In this document: positions 1 through 14,300 of the stretch, one piece after another
Numbering within the stretch: position 1 is the first letter of the stretch
How the letters are laid out: each line of letters begins with the position of its first letter
Source of the DNA: Tubiluchus corallicola
Taxonomy: Eukaryota; Animalia; Priapulida
Assembly: GCA_030141605.1 (NCBI GenBank)
Contig: JAQGDQ010000021.1
Location: 620,001-684,000, forward strand
DNA: 64,000 nt
Reading direction: 5' to 3'
Notes under the pieces: model-generated
The model's input: only the letters and a program-made list of their open reading frames with translations
What the model was told of the DNA's origin: nothing
The model's database searches: none
Translations under genes and position numbers: made by a program

Positions 1-651
1 CAAGCAAAAAAACAACTCAGTGATCCAGTCTGATCACCCACCACAGCTGCATTGATCAAACTATAGGCCATGCTTTGACCTAATACAATGTTTAAACTGA
101 AAGGTAGTTTTCAATCAGTCATTACTGTTGCGTTGTGGCTTATCCCTAAACTAACACTGTTTCGCAAGAACAAACTTGTCGTTATTACCTTAGACTTCAA
201 GACGCCGTTTATCATGCCTTTTATTTAGACTTGGACTTAACTATTTTAATTGTAAAGGAATGAACAAAAAACGTAACATAAAGGCATATTGGGATGGCAT
301 AATTATAGGTGTTCACAGCATCAGTGTCATCATTGTGTTGGGAGAGGATATGCTTATGCTTCCTCATTCTTGTCAATGGAGTACACCATATTACAACTGA
401 CAGAAGCTAATGTAGCTAACTAACTACTGATGTTCACTCTCTGTAGACTGTAGTGGCGAATGGCTATAATCAAAATTCTAACGTACTGCACATACAGATT
501 TGCTGCCGCCTTAAATTTTGTTTTAAATTCCCAACAAAAGGTGGCAGCAACTACATAACAGCTTGATTGTTTATCAACATGCCATCTCCGTGCTTCGTGT
601 TTGTGCTTTTTTGATGTTCTTGTTTGGTACGCCTGCAGCGTTTTAAAAACT

Positions 652-3600
652 ATGACTGGAAAAGTGATAAAATGTACTGCCGCTATAACTGTCTATGCTG
701 TAAGTTAATTGATTTATTATAAGAAACGCATTATTCAGCACTTATGTTGTGGCTGACTACTTTTAGCTACACTACTTACAGTGTTACTCTGTCATAATTA
801 GGGATTAAGTGAGCACACTCATAGAAATTTCATATTTTTTCATGGAGTAATTGTCAGTTAAATTTAAGCTTTACTAGAATTGGTGCGGCAATCACCATGG
901 CACGCAACATATTAGTACAAAATAACTACTGATAAAGTAAAATTTAAATATGTTAATTATTATAATCTCTTGCTTGCTGTTGGGTGGTGAATGAACGTTT
1001 TTATTCGGTGAGTTTATTCCATGCGGTAACTTAGCAACTAAAAATAAATTATAATATTGTATTATTTACATTTTATTTTAATCATTGTAAGTTGTATAAC
1101 TTTATTATTTACATGCTTGTTTTCTTTTAATTTTGTATTTTGTATTTTCATCATATCTGTATATTATTTTGTCATGGTAAATGGAATATATATATATATA
1201 GATAGATAGATAGATAGGAATATATATTACTTCAAGATAGGCATGATTGCACTACCACTTTTATGCTGTACTTAACTTTCAATATTACCTTTTATTTTCA
1301 AAGTCGTCGGGACGTAGTGTCGATCTCGGGTGCTTTCCCTTCACAAACATGATTGAAAACTGTTGATAGATGGTGTGTTTTATACGAAATGAATGTGAAA
1401 CGTATAAAGCCCAGGTGTCGTCTCCCCCGTGGCAGGGATACAGGGGCAAATTATGCCCCAGAAATTTTCGCATTTTTGGGTATCATAGTCAAATAATCAG
1501 GAAACTACTACAAAAAATAAATAAAAAAAATTAAGTTATTTTTGAGTTATGCCGTTATTGCAATTATGCATTTATAAGTAAGTTGTTTTGTACACACAAA
1601 AAAAGCCCAGTAGCATCCAAAAGTGCTTAATTTTCATTAATTATAATATACTTTAGCATAATAATGATAACGATAATTTATTTGTAGAGTGCAGAAATTG
1701 ACCAGCTGTGCTATAATACAGGTTTACAACTACAAATGACTGCAATAAAAATATAAGCATACAATAAAAATTCATCAGGCACACTGTTGAAACGTTATGG
1801 TGAAAAGATAGGTTTTGAGATTAATTTTAAAACAGCTAAAATCAAGTAACTAAATGCAAGCTAATGGGAAATTTAATCCATGCTTGTGTGCACACTCACC
1901 ATACCAAATGATGATTCTTCAACAGCTAGTGTAAACTGTGTAAATAATGTACATTGTTAGGCTTGTGAATGCTATTGTGTTATTAAGAGTAGTACTACTA
2001 ATTGGGTTGTGTTTGTTATTGATGGTAAAAGAAGCCAGGTGATTTGCAAACTTCGGCAGATTGACAAGGCGAAGCCTGTGTGTAGGTTTTTGCCCATGGT
2101 TTCTTCTCTCTGTGAATACACTGAAAACACTTCATCCCTAAGGATGAGACCCCCCCCCCCCCCATAATGATATGGTGGCAAGGTGTTTTTAAACACTGTT
2201 ATATACATCATTTTTGCATTTGAGTTTTTTATCCAACATTTTTCTCAAATTCATGCAGTGTCCAATTAAATGAACATAAACTCTGCTCAGTAGTCTTAGG
2301 ATTAGTGTTAGAGTAATTGTTATTGGGTTTGCAAAGAAATAAGTGCAAATCTTGTGAAATCACAATTTTATTACTGAAGAAATGGGAAAAAATAGAAGCT
2401 GCACTTAATTGGATTTACCCAAAACAGAAGACAATAATATATTTTTTAAAATATTATTAGGTATTAACTATAAAGAATGTGGCAAAATCTGTTTTATTTG
2501 TAATAACTACAAAATAGCTTCAGGCAAAACATAAATGGAATAAAATGAATAAGTTAAAATAGTGCACTCATAGACGATACTGCAAGTTTATACACATGGC
2601 CTTAAATTTTATTTAAAATGGCTGATCTTTTATAAAAATAAAGATACATTTTTAGTCTTGACATAGGTCATACTGCACAACCCTACGCATTTAATCTTCT
2701 GATTATCAAACTTATTTATTCCAACCAACACCCAAGGACTTTAGTTAGCAAACTTGCCGACCATTTAATTTTAAAGTGGGTGTGAAATGCGGAAAGTCCG
2801 ACATCGTAAAATGCTACACTTTGCATTTACTGTATAAGATTTTGCTATAAATATAAACTGCTTCTGAATTGTTATTTAAGTGGATCTGATTGCGGACATT
2901 AGCTGGAGGGCATGTAATTACTGTTGATATGGCATTAATTAATTACTCAAACCTAGAATGAGACAGATGTGCTGATTGTTTGCACCTGCTGTTTTACATT
3001 TTGCATGTCACAGTTACTGGAAGCTGCTTAATTTTACAGCTGTTAGTTTGACAGCAATAAACATTTGCGATTTTACTTCACGTAGAAAAATTATTTGTGT
3101 CATTATCAGTCCGTTCTACCTGCTGATCAGTGGTCGCTCATGTATAGGTTCTGTGGTGCTGCAGTACCCCCTGTTTTCACTCATTATCATCGATAATATT
3201 CAATATAATAATCTTTTTTCTTTAGTTCTTTCTTTATACAGTACTTGTGCAGAACCAGAGCACATAAGGGAAGTACAATTTGCTTCACAGCCCAAGCATC
3301 GTGGTATTTGCGGCCATGCGCACATGTCTGAGATAAGACGCTGTACTTTAGGTAGAAAGAGTACTGTCGCTCACTGCAGTACATGTTGTCAGTTGTCACG
3401 TGCTTAAAAGCCATGTATCAGCATATTCTTGAACTGCGACAGTTTATGCTATTCGTAAGAAAACAATATTTTTTGTTTAGGAGTTTATCAAGGTTATGTT
3501 TAAATCAGTTTGTTTGTTTAAAATTACAATTACAACATTATAATTACATCTGTTTGTTTTGTTTTACACAGTATTAAAACAATGGCTAAAAAATTTCAAT

Positions 3601-6600
3601 TTTGCAGCACCCCCACTAATTTTAGCCACTGCTGCTGATATTGCTGCCTGTAAACATGTGAAAAACATAAGCGACCTAACAAGTTATGCGAGTTGCTCCA
3701 AAACATATATGGCTAATAGAAGATATATTAGGCTTGAACCAAATATGCCTTTGAAATAATTTAAGTTTACAAAAAGTTCATATTATGCAATACAGGTCAT
3801 GAGTGTGTGAGTGCTATTCATATGTTATGGCAGATCTCAATTTTTTGTTTATTATCCAATCAGTAGTTAAGCAACACATGCTTACAAATGAAAGGGGCAC
3901 TTTTTGTCTGAAATGCATGAATAATAACATGAAAATGAGTGGCTGAGCAACTTTTGCCTTTTTCATTTCCCCCGCATGTAAAATTGTTTCACAGACTAGC
4001 TGGCAGCTTAAACATTTTCTAGGTAACTTGTCCAGGAGTATGGCTTCCAAACAGGGGAGAAGTCTACATTCTTATACGGCTATGGGGCCAGCGTCAACGT
4101 ACAAAGCCCTTTGTGCCGTCTTTTCCCCTTTTCTTCCGACAAATACTTACATTTGAAAAGGTATAGCTCATTTTAGTTTTATATTTTCAACATTATCTTC
4201 CAAGTAATGCACACAAGCGTAGCTATTAAAATGCAACAAGTTCTTAGTTATAAGTCTAATTATTTATGAGGTTTTTTATAGGTCAAACAGGCTAATTGTT
4301 TTTTTCACGTGTAATAAGTTAAAAATACTTAAAATAGAAAATGCAATGCTCAAATTAAATTAATGAGCAAGAAATTTAAAGTACTTTTTGTGCATTATAC
4401 ATAACATGAGATGTTACAAGAGTATGACACTGCAAAAGCACTTGCAATCTTTGGTGACATAGTAGCACCACTTGTCGCTGGCTTGTTCACTGCAATGTCA
4501 TTTAAAAATTAAGTTTCAGCTATTATGTTGTGTTTTTTTGCTATTTAGGTGTTCTACCGCTGTTTAGATCCAGCTGAAATGTTGGACGAATTAGAAGGTA
4601 AGATTTTGTGATATATTTTAGCCAATGTGGCAATTTTGTGAGCGAGTGAAATAGCTCAGTTGCCTCAGTGTGTGTTTTGCTATGAATGGAAGCAGGTTGT
4701 GGATGTGTGGCTAGTTTTACCTGTCATTCAGCTTTGCAGGTGAACTGAAGAGCTAGTTTAAAGTTTTCAACAGATGCTGAGAGTATCTAAATCTTACAAT
4801 TCTTCGAAAATATAATAATATATTCTCTGTCTCTCAATTTTAATACAGATTTAGTGGAGCCTGTATTCTATTAGATACCTAATTATTACTTGTCAATCAC
4901 TTAACATTTCTACAATTTATTTACAATTGAATTAGCCTTGAATCAAAGTTTAGTGGTATAACTTTTCAGAAAAGATATATTAAAGATCAAATATTTTAAA
5001 CTATTTTTATTGATTTTCTTTTTTCCGTGAAAATTTAGATCATGGTGTCATGGTGGATCTAATACAAATGCAAAATGATGGTGATGTTGCATTAGCCACA
5101 TACAAGGCTTCAGCCCGGGAATTCTTATATCCTCACAGAGCGCATGCTGTAGCTCTGTCCGGAAGTAATCGAGAATTGCTCTTAGACAGGCTGTTAGATT
5201 TTCCGGTATGAAATTAGACGAAATTCTGATTGTGATACTGTTGTTAACTCTTTACTTTCTGTCGTTAGAAAGAGCAAAAATTAAAAGGTAATCTTTATGG
5301 TATGCAAGCTAAAGGTTTAGTTTAACATCAAGAAGTCAGATAAAAATAATTTCTGAAAGATAAGAATTCTAATTGTTTTTTTTCTTTTTCTTATTATTAA
5401 AGCACAAGAATACCCTTCACTTACATAAAGCTTTTAAATTGCCTTGAACTTTTATACCACTTACATGCTGTCTTATTGCATACAAGGCTTGCATTAACAG
5501 TAATGCTGTATAAAACTTGAAATTTAAACTTCCGCGATGACCGCTAGGGCAGCCATTTTTTTGATGATAAGTCATTTGAAACGAGTTTAGATGACATTGT
5601 ACAAAGTTTGAAATACATGTAATAATTAAAGCATTCGTAGTGCACTGTTCACTAACAAAGCAAAAGTATAAATTACTTTATATTGTCTTTAAGTTTAAAA
5701 ATAGGTGTTTTGATGAGTCAGTGGTGCATACTAGGAAGGTGAGTCAGTGACAGTTTACCAATTGGTGCGAACATTTTAAATTTTTAAGAACTTTCTTTTC
5801 TAGATACATAAGTCTTTCAATCAGGTAAGCGTAATGCTAAGTAATATAACTTTGCAAAGGAAAGTTTCTGGCACACATTTTAACATTGGCCTTTCTTCTT
5901 CTTTAGTAGTAAGTTATAATGGCTGGATGGCAAAAACTGACTGAATTTGTTTTTGATTTCTGTAGGGAATAGCCCCTAAAATGGAATTTACAACAGAGAC
6001 TACAATCAAAGAATATTTGTGGCTTGATCACCATATAAGGGACAATGAAGTGATTAGTGAAACAAGACCAAAATCTGTATCACCACACATGAGAGTGCCA
6101 TCAGGGAGGTACAGGTATAGGTACTAGTATAAAAATTGAACACAATTTACTATTTTTGATGCATAAGCCTGCTATGCATTTTTGGACTAATGTAATAATG
6201 TAATGCTTTATTGCCTTGATATTTTATTGTTTTTTACATAGATGAAACCAAAATGTATCTTTTGTAATTGTTTACTGTTCTATGCTGAAGTAAAATTTCA
6301 TTAATCGTTAATCAGGAATGTTTTAGGGGGTGATTCAAAGCACTTTGCAATCAATGAATATTTATTACATGCTATAAATATTTAATACGTCACATATGCC
6401 AGGGATACAGCACTCTTATCATAATTGCATTATAATTATGTGACACGTATTGATTCAGCTGAAATCGACTAACTGCATTAGTGGCTGTGATTCTTTGTTC
6501 AAGTCACGGTTAATGACCACCTGGGTGTTTAACAGTTTTATGCTGAATCCTGCATATAATTAACATCTTGCACGAAAACACAGCATGTTTGTTTGCTGCC

Positions 6601-9600
6601 ATCATGATAGTAACCGTGTTATGAACAAAATATTAGTCTAATCATTCTTGTTTTTTCAGACGGTACAGAAGCAGATCAGCAGCACAAGCACGTAAAATGA
6701 GCAAATGCCGTCGTTCATACTCTTGTGGTAGCTTGGAAGGAAGACCGCCTTTTGTGGTTAGAAAAGTATGAAATACGTAACTAATATCATTCAAATTTGT
6801 TTACTTTATAGAAAATCCTACTGATATAAAGAGACAATGAGTACTAGTTCTAAAACATTTTCATACATGTTAGCTGAAAGATGCTGTGGGCCAATTAGGC
6901 CTAAGCAAACAGAAAACTTTGCTTGTCCCTGTCTTGCTAATACTGCAATCCAACATTATAATGAATTAGTATCCACGGAGCTCTGATCAGGTTACCAGAT
7001 GCCAAATTAAACAAAAATTAGGTAGAAATAAGTGGTGATTTAAATACCTGCAGTAAATTTTATGCTAAGAAAGTTGTTTCAAAATTTATCAGTAAGATTG
7101 TTGGAACTTCTATTGTGAGAACATAAACAATTTTTATGATTGCAAATGAAAATTTTTACGACAGGTTGATGACAGACTTATATCATCATATCCTTATGAC
7201 TACAGTTATCGTCACAACCCTAACATCAGAGGACAAAAAACAAGCAGAAAAAGAAAGATATATTCCGAGATTCCAACGAAACAGCATCATAGTGGTGAGT
7301 ACTCTTGCATCATAACTTTTTTATGTTTGAACATGCGGAATAAACAATTAAATGCATTAATCTGTTTTTGAGCTTTGTACATGCGTAGCAATGTTGTGGT
7401 AATGCAGCTTTCTCCTGGTGTTGTACACACACACTTTAAAGAAAACATTCTCATTACACCCATCAAGTAACAGTAACAGCTAATTACTATAGTGTGATCT
7501 AAAATGATGTGATTCGGGAAGATCTAACATCACTGAACTCGACTGCTCTGATGATATTTTAATAACTGTGAAGATCTGAATGTGAAGAATTAAACACTTT
7601 TCTGTTAATTAATTGATAATTGTTATAAAAATGTTCATGGTGACAGCATTTAGAATCAGGAATCAAATTTGCTGATTTTATTAAACTGTTAATTTGAAAT
7701 TTTTGTTTTATAGGTCACCATTGTAAATTTTGTTCACAGAAACACTGGGAGCACACCTGTACAGTTTGCAGATTGTACAGGCGCTATTTTGGTCGAAAGT
7801 ATTGGGGTCATGACTGCAGCCATCCAGCCCACAATGCTGCCTACCGACACCAGAGAAGATTAGAAAACAATGTCAGGGTATGAAAAATTACAATTTAGAG
7901 AGAATTTGTGTATATTTAATAAAAAATTTTGTATGCTGTCTTTTCACGATAATTATTTGATAACATTTACTATACGGAAGAAAACAAACTGAAGTTTGTT
8001 GCTCTTTGTTTTTAATACATTCTGATGAAAATAACAACTGCTTTTAATTTTCTCAGCTAACTTGTTATGCATTAATACCAGCAATTTCTGCATATATTTA
8101 GATGAATATACATTACAATTAAGTAAAAAATTTGCTACTTTATTTTTATACATTTGACAGATGGCCTGTGCTTTTTAAACGTGGTTTAGCAAAATGTGAA
8201 ATTGCAAACTTAATTCATGGACTTGAATAAAATTGACTCTCAAAAAATTAATGAATTGATGTTATCACATAAAGTTAAAGTTTCATAGCTGCTAATAAAT
8301 TTCATTTGACTACATGAATGTTAGCTGTTGTACATGTAAGTTATGTAGTATTTTTGGATACTATTTAAAATGACGTGTGTGTGTGTGGTTTGGGTTAGGC
8401 TAGTTCATTAATTAGCTAAGTTTCTTTAGGGAAGTTGAGCTCTAATTATATGCAAAAAAGCTATTACTATCCTGTAACACAATATAACACAAGGAGCAGT
8501 TTAATTGTTGCCTCGCACTTTATACTATGCTCATCTACATTATCATTTTTATTGGTATTACTATGCTCATCTACATTATCATTATTATAGGTATTCATTT
8601 CATGTTGTCACTTTTATTTGATTAGGTTGTGAAAGAGCCGTATTATACTCGTGGAATGAGATCACGTGCAAGCTATAGCGATGATGGTAAGTAAATATCG
8701 ATCAATTAAATGCTTAATGAAGTACTTATCTGAGTCCGCCTTTTAACATATTGACCACCCATTATGAATATTTTGATTTTGTGTGAATTTCTCATCTTTG
8801 GTGGTGTATTGTCTGCTACCACTACTGTGAGTATGTTCATGGAGTCATAAATTTATCATGAACGTCTTTTATTCTGAATTTTTAAAACATGCATTATCAT
8901 ATCTGTGGCCCCACAGAAAAAGAAAACATTTTGTTGGTAGTAATTGCTATTAAAGATTATGGTTGAGTGAGTACTTTGTAATTTGCCTAACATTGAAGTA
9001 ATGAAATGTTTTAAGTTTGGATGAATTTTATGTAACGTCATTCTCTCATTTATGTTAGATGATGATCCGATTCCTGTAAGAGCATCCGGACTTCGAGATA
9101 GCAGAAGAAATTTTCAACAGAGCCCTAGGAGTCCATCCCCCGAAAACATCTCCTCTAGGCGATTACTGAAAAAAGCGCAGAAAGCTTTTGATGACGTTAA
9201 AAGGGCATCGCGGCATCCTCAAGAAGACAAACTGGAGGACGTCGTTGCTGCTGAAAGAAGAGCTACGGTGTCACAAAACCGTCATGAGGCAAGCAGTGAC
9301 GCAAAGTTTGCCCCAGGTCTGCTGCGAACTGATAATTATACTGATAGACTTGATCAGAGAGGATTGGCACAGGGAGTCTCTTATTATGATGATGCACCTG
9401 GGGTAAGCAATATTATGAATTTATTGCACATTAATGCAGTAATTATTTGTTCGTTTTTGTTCATTTACAAATTTTTGACATGTTCTATATAACCTGCTAT
9501 TAGGCTCTAGCCCTTAGCCTGTCATATCAATATACTTGTGGTTGCTACATTTTATGTATCATTTATCTTTCATTATCTCTCGACTTTTACAATGGGCATG

Positions 9601-10798
9601 ACTTCACATTGTTTTTAACTTATAGGGAAATGATTTTCCGGAGTACTATGATGATGATTATGAAACATTTGTGGATGAAGGTATAACCGGAGATTACATT
9701 CCGGATGATACAGCTTCTGCGGATTCATTGACTGACATCCGTGACAGATTTCAAGCGTTGGGGGAAGACAGGTCTAGTTCAACAAGAGACAACATTGTTA
9801 ATCACACGTAAGTTTGTGAATATTTTTCCTTAACTTTATGTTTAATGTTTTTGCGACATTCGATGTTTAGGGCATATTTTCCAACGAAGCAGTTCAATTT
9901 TGCCTACAGATGGCAGGATTACTTAATAAATGGATATTTTCAATCTAAATCTAATATAGTGTCAGAAATTCTATTTTTGTCTTCATTATAGACCTGAATA
10001 AACCATCCTGCACTAAGCTAAAGCGAGTGTTCAGGAAACTTAATCAAAACATTAAACAAAAGTTAATCAAATCATTTCAATCTCTGTTGCTTTTTAATGA
10101 CCTCTGAAGTGGCCATTACATATTGGGTGCTCATGTAACGTGAAATTCAGTCAACAGCGAACGTAAAAAATTAGTCCCTTTGTCTGAAGTACAACATGTC
10201 TACGGACCTCTATTTCCATGTTTTTTATTATTAATATTTCTCAAGGTCTTATTTTCATAAGAAAAATGCTTATGTAAATTGACAAATGTAAAAATATAAT
10301 ATTTTTCTTCCGAGTAATTAATTGCACTAATTCAGCACTGTAAGGCAATGTTGACACAGAAATGGTCATTCAATATTTTCAGCTATGTATTTTTAATGAG
10401 GAACTCTACGCAGAAAATTACGAAAATTTCAATGTCTGTGATTCAAGGAGTATGTTTCCTGTAAATCCTTCAGTCAAAAAAACTGATCACAATAGTTCTA
10501 TGTGACTAAATGACCTTTAATGCTTAAAAGTAAAAAAGAAAAAGTAAAAATTTTTCATCTGTGACACAAGTCTACCCAAGAAAAGCTACTATTCTAATTA
10601 TGACCGCATTTATTTTAAATCTTAATATTATTTAACAGTCTTGTTGAGTTGGATGAAAAGAACCCGCATGCAGTATCAACAGCGGACCGTCCTTCAAACC
10701 ATACGAGCAAGAAAGATAAACTGTATGCAGAGTTTGATGAACAAATTGAAAAAATCTACGATAGGCTTTATGGACTCAACAAACCACTTGTTCATTGA
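652..10798 (+). CDS. SPATA6: SPATA6-family protein, 12 coding exons (652-699, 4023-4160, 4549-4597, 5039-5205, 5966-6114, 6660-6765, 7165-7294, 7714-7877, 8626-8686, 9059-9402, 9626-9807, 10639-10798), about 565 aa
   Basis: GT-AG exons join in phase. MTGKVIKCTAAITVYA|VTCPGVWLPNRGEVY...FPLFF...FEK|VFYRCLDP...GIAPKMEFTTETTIKE matches the SPATA6 N-terminal domain (human VTCPGV...FEKVF...APRLEFST). Also RPPFVVRKVD and C-terminal FDEQIEKIYDRLY, both SPATA6-like. SPATA6 versus SPATA6L cannot be resolved. Confidence 0.88.
1186..1216. repeat. (TA)n/(GATA)n microsatellite
   Basis: atatatatatatata followed by gatagatagatagata. Confidence 0.8.
1415..2070 (+). repeat. Dispersed repeat family, copy 1 (probable non-autonomous DNA element, interrupted); boundaries approximate
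   Basis: Shares blocks such as actaattg..ttg...tgatgg(c/t)aaa(a/g)gaagcca(a/g)gtgat...aaactt with 46490-46920 and 47560-47900. Confidence 0.6.
8523..8594. repeat. 36-bp tandem duplication in a SPATA6 intron
   Basis: tactatgctcatctacattatcatt(t/a)ttat(t/a)ggtat occurs twice head-to-tail. Confidence 0.8.
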
Positions 10799-11334
10799 CA
10801 CTGCTTATTGATGAGATTTGACAATACTTTTGTAAAATCACTGCAGAAAAATGATTTCAAACTATCATATTTATATTTACATATGTGCTGTAGCTGTATA
10901 CAGATAAATGTTAGCATTAATCAGTGTAGCTTTTTTTGTTAAATTTCTTTGATATGTATTGTGATTAGGTGCAATATTTTGTTTGTTCTATTGAATAGAC
11001 CTAGTATATCTGATTGTAAAGCAGGAAATGTACATTTAATTTTTTACTGTCTACTTTTACAGCTATGGCTACATTACTGATATTATTAGCTATTTACACA
11101 TAGATTTAAAAATTGGATATTTATTAATGAATTCATTAATTTATGTATATGGACATTGTATAAATCAAAAAATAAAAATTGATTTATATAAAAAATACGT
11201 TTAATAAATTTACAAATTACATTGCTGTTTCCCTGAGAAATATTTTACTTTAATGTTTTATTTCAGTTTAAATTAAAATTATATGCAAAATGGTCAATGA
11301 GTTAAAAAAAGTGTGTCTAAAAGCCATAAAACCA

Positions 11335-14300
11335 TCATCTTTTTGAATTTTTAACAAATGCAGAAATGTTAAGTACTGAATGTTTCAAGTCGCTGCATAC
11401 GTTTTTGTTGTGCTTCAAAGTAAAGACAATTTTTCTCATTGTCCGCCGATATCCTACATTTGGTTTGCGATCATGCTGATAAAATACCTCTCTTTCAATG
11501 TTTACTGATAAACCATTGTCGATCTGAAATGAGAATTTCTGTTAAACCAGAATGGCAATGCAGTCAAACCTTGTTATAACATCCCCAGAATGGAAGCCTC
11601 GCTTAATGCCCAAATTTTTGGCAAAACAAATGTCTGTATTTGCATAGACCTCTGTATACATTAATGGACCTCATTATAATGCCAAACTCGCTTAATGCAA
11701 CTTTTGCAGTCCCAAAGTGTATTTCTTTCAATTGATACAGTTGCAATGGATGTTGAGAAGTCATGCTTTGCATGTGGTGCTGACGAACCACTGGCATGAC
11801 AGTGTCCGGTTTTTCGCTGGATTATCTGCTGTGTTTACCTGTCTTGAGAGAAGATTTCTGTCTGCCTATTTGTCTGATTACACCGATTATGACAAATGGA
11901 TGCTGAGAAAATGTTTTAACCTTAAGCAATCAATTACCAACTTTGGACAATTAGTATAAAATATTGCATTTACTATTAAATGTAAACACTTGTTTTCGCT
12001 ACAATGTATATATAATGTCTGGCATTATCTGTTCTTATCAAAATTGCGAGGTTCACTTGCAGCATTTTAATTAAAAATGACTGTTAAAATGTCGGTAGCA
12101 GTAAATAAAGGAGTCCTTGAGACGAATAGTATCTGAATTGCATGATTAGTAGAAATTTGCTGTATTCCAGCTTGCAACGTATGAAAAATAATCTAACTAT
12201 GTCGATTTGAACTGGTTTACATTAAATATGAAATATCTTTTTAGAATATACCTCCATATTTAGAGCGTTGGCTACCATTTTTCTTCCAGTGCTGCGTAGT
12301 TTCTCAGTTTTAGCATCACATTTCACATCTATGACTGGTCTTCCGGTGTGGGTTTTAACATACTTCTCCCATGTCTCTGTTAACAGTTTGGCTTTGTCTG
12401 CAATTTGTGTGTCGTTGTGCCTCGTCAATTTCTTAACAGTTTTACCTGCAGTACCAGCATTTATTACATTTTCTGCAGTTATGCTGTTGCAGATTTCAAT
12501 ATCATTTGGTAATCGAAAGATGGAATGCTAAAAAGTGTTGAAATGAAATATTTCCAAAACTAAAAACAAGAAATGCAATTCTACAGGGGTTAGAACAAAT
12601 ATTATTCAAACACTTCTTAGACACAGTTGAGTTAACAAGAAAAATACACACTTGACAGCTGTAATTTTCTACAATGATGCTGTTAGTGACAACTAGCCTT
12701 ACTGCATTACTTTCGCAACAGCCTCATCAATTTCTTAATCTTGTTTAACGCATTAATGATATTGTTAAAATTACTTAGCACATTTTGCTCTTTAGCCAAC
12801 TTTAATTTATCTGTAGTGAACTTTCCTCAAAAAGAGAATTTCGGGTATTATATTACTCGCAATTCACAGTCCTTTTCAGTAAATGGAAAAATTTATTAAA
12901 ATGAACACCAAAATGTAAAAAGTAATCTCTAGCTTACACGGGTCCTGCTTGAAAATTGAAGATAGTGCCACTTCACCTATTTTTGTGTCTTTAAGTACTG
13001 TAATAGATGGCTGTTTTTCTGTGAGCGCATTTAGAGCAGACAGCATGATTTCCACCTTTTGTCCCGGGAGTTCTAACTGTGCCTTATATCGCAAAATGTC
13101 TTCAACGATTACAACTCTCTATAAAAAAAAAGACAAAACTACAAAAAAAAAAAATCACTTCAGTGTTTGATAGGCTTGTGCGTACTTCACTGTTGTACTA
13201 TATAATTATACACACAAGTAATTAACAATATTAAAATAGTAAAGACAAAGTTAAAATATAAATTGTAATTAAATTTTGGAAGTGCAAAGTCGACATTGCA
13301 GCATGTTATCTTAATGACTTGTAAGGCTTGTACAGTACATTCCAAATAAGCGATTTGAATTTCTATGCAAGTAGTAAGTTGCCTTAAAATGCAAGTAGAA
13401 AATTTCAAGTGTGTACAAATAATAAGTACATTTAAATTGCGAATCAAGCAAATATAAAGTGATCACTACTGCAAGTCCAATGTATCACAAGCAGGACCTG
13501 ATTAAGATGTGTTCAGGTGCCTCTCTCCTTTGCCCCATGACACCGCATCCACGTTTCGCAGCTCATATACATATTATGTTATATAAATTATGTGACATTA
13601 TATATAAAACAAACTCCATTGCTCTATATGCCAGGATTTATGCACTTAAATTCTTTATTGACTTTTAATTAAATAAATTAGCTAAAAAAAGATGATGCCT
13701 GCCAACAGCAAAAAAATTAATCATTCTCCTATAGCCCTCTACCTCACATTTTGAATTGTGTAATGCTTTTATGATCTTTAACATACTTTATCTGTTTTCA
13801 ATTTACAATTTTTTGCCAGCTTGGTGCCTCCCCTAAGCCTTAGAGCCCTAAGCATGTACTTAGTCTGCTTATGCGCTAATCTGGCCCTGATCACAAGTGA
13901 GTCCAGTAACTGACATATTGGTACACATATGAGTGCTCACTATCTTTATGTAATTATGTATTAGTACATATTAAATCAGTTCTGACTGATAAAAAGATAA
14001 GAACACAGTCATAAAGTCGACACTATATGATATGAATTGTTTCACAGACCACGTGGTGGTCTGTGAAAATAGGCTATGTAAAAATGGTCTGTAAAATAGG
14101 CTATCATTTCTGACAACTTGTGATAATCTTATAATATTCGATGGTACACTGTGTCGTTTGTTATATCGATTCTTATATTATAGAGTGCAAATACAGGTGT
14201 TCAGAAATCATTGTAAATCAATTTCACAGTCTAAGAGTAAATATAACAGGTCTGATCGTGTACACACGTATCGAAACAGTGAGTTAAATAATCTTGTTTT

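Noticed and set aside
2976-3407. 143-aa ORF in SPATA6 intron 1
   Set aside because: Non-ATG start, no homology, and not needed for the SPATA6 reading frame
11561-11710. Tigger/pogo-like left end (cagtcaaacc...) with repeated ctcgcttaatgc
   Set aside because: No matching right TIR or TSD found, so it cannot be delimited
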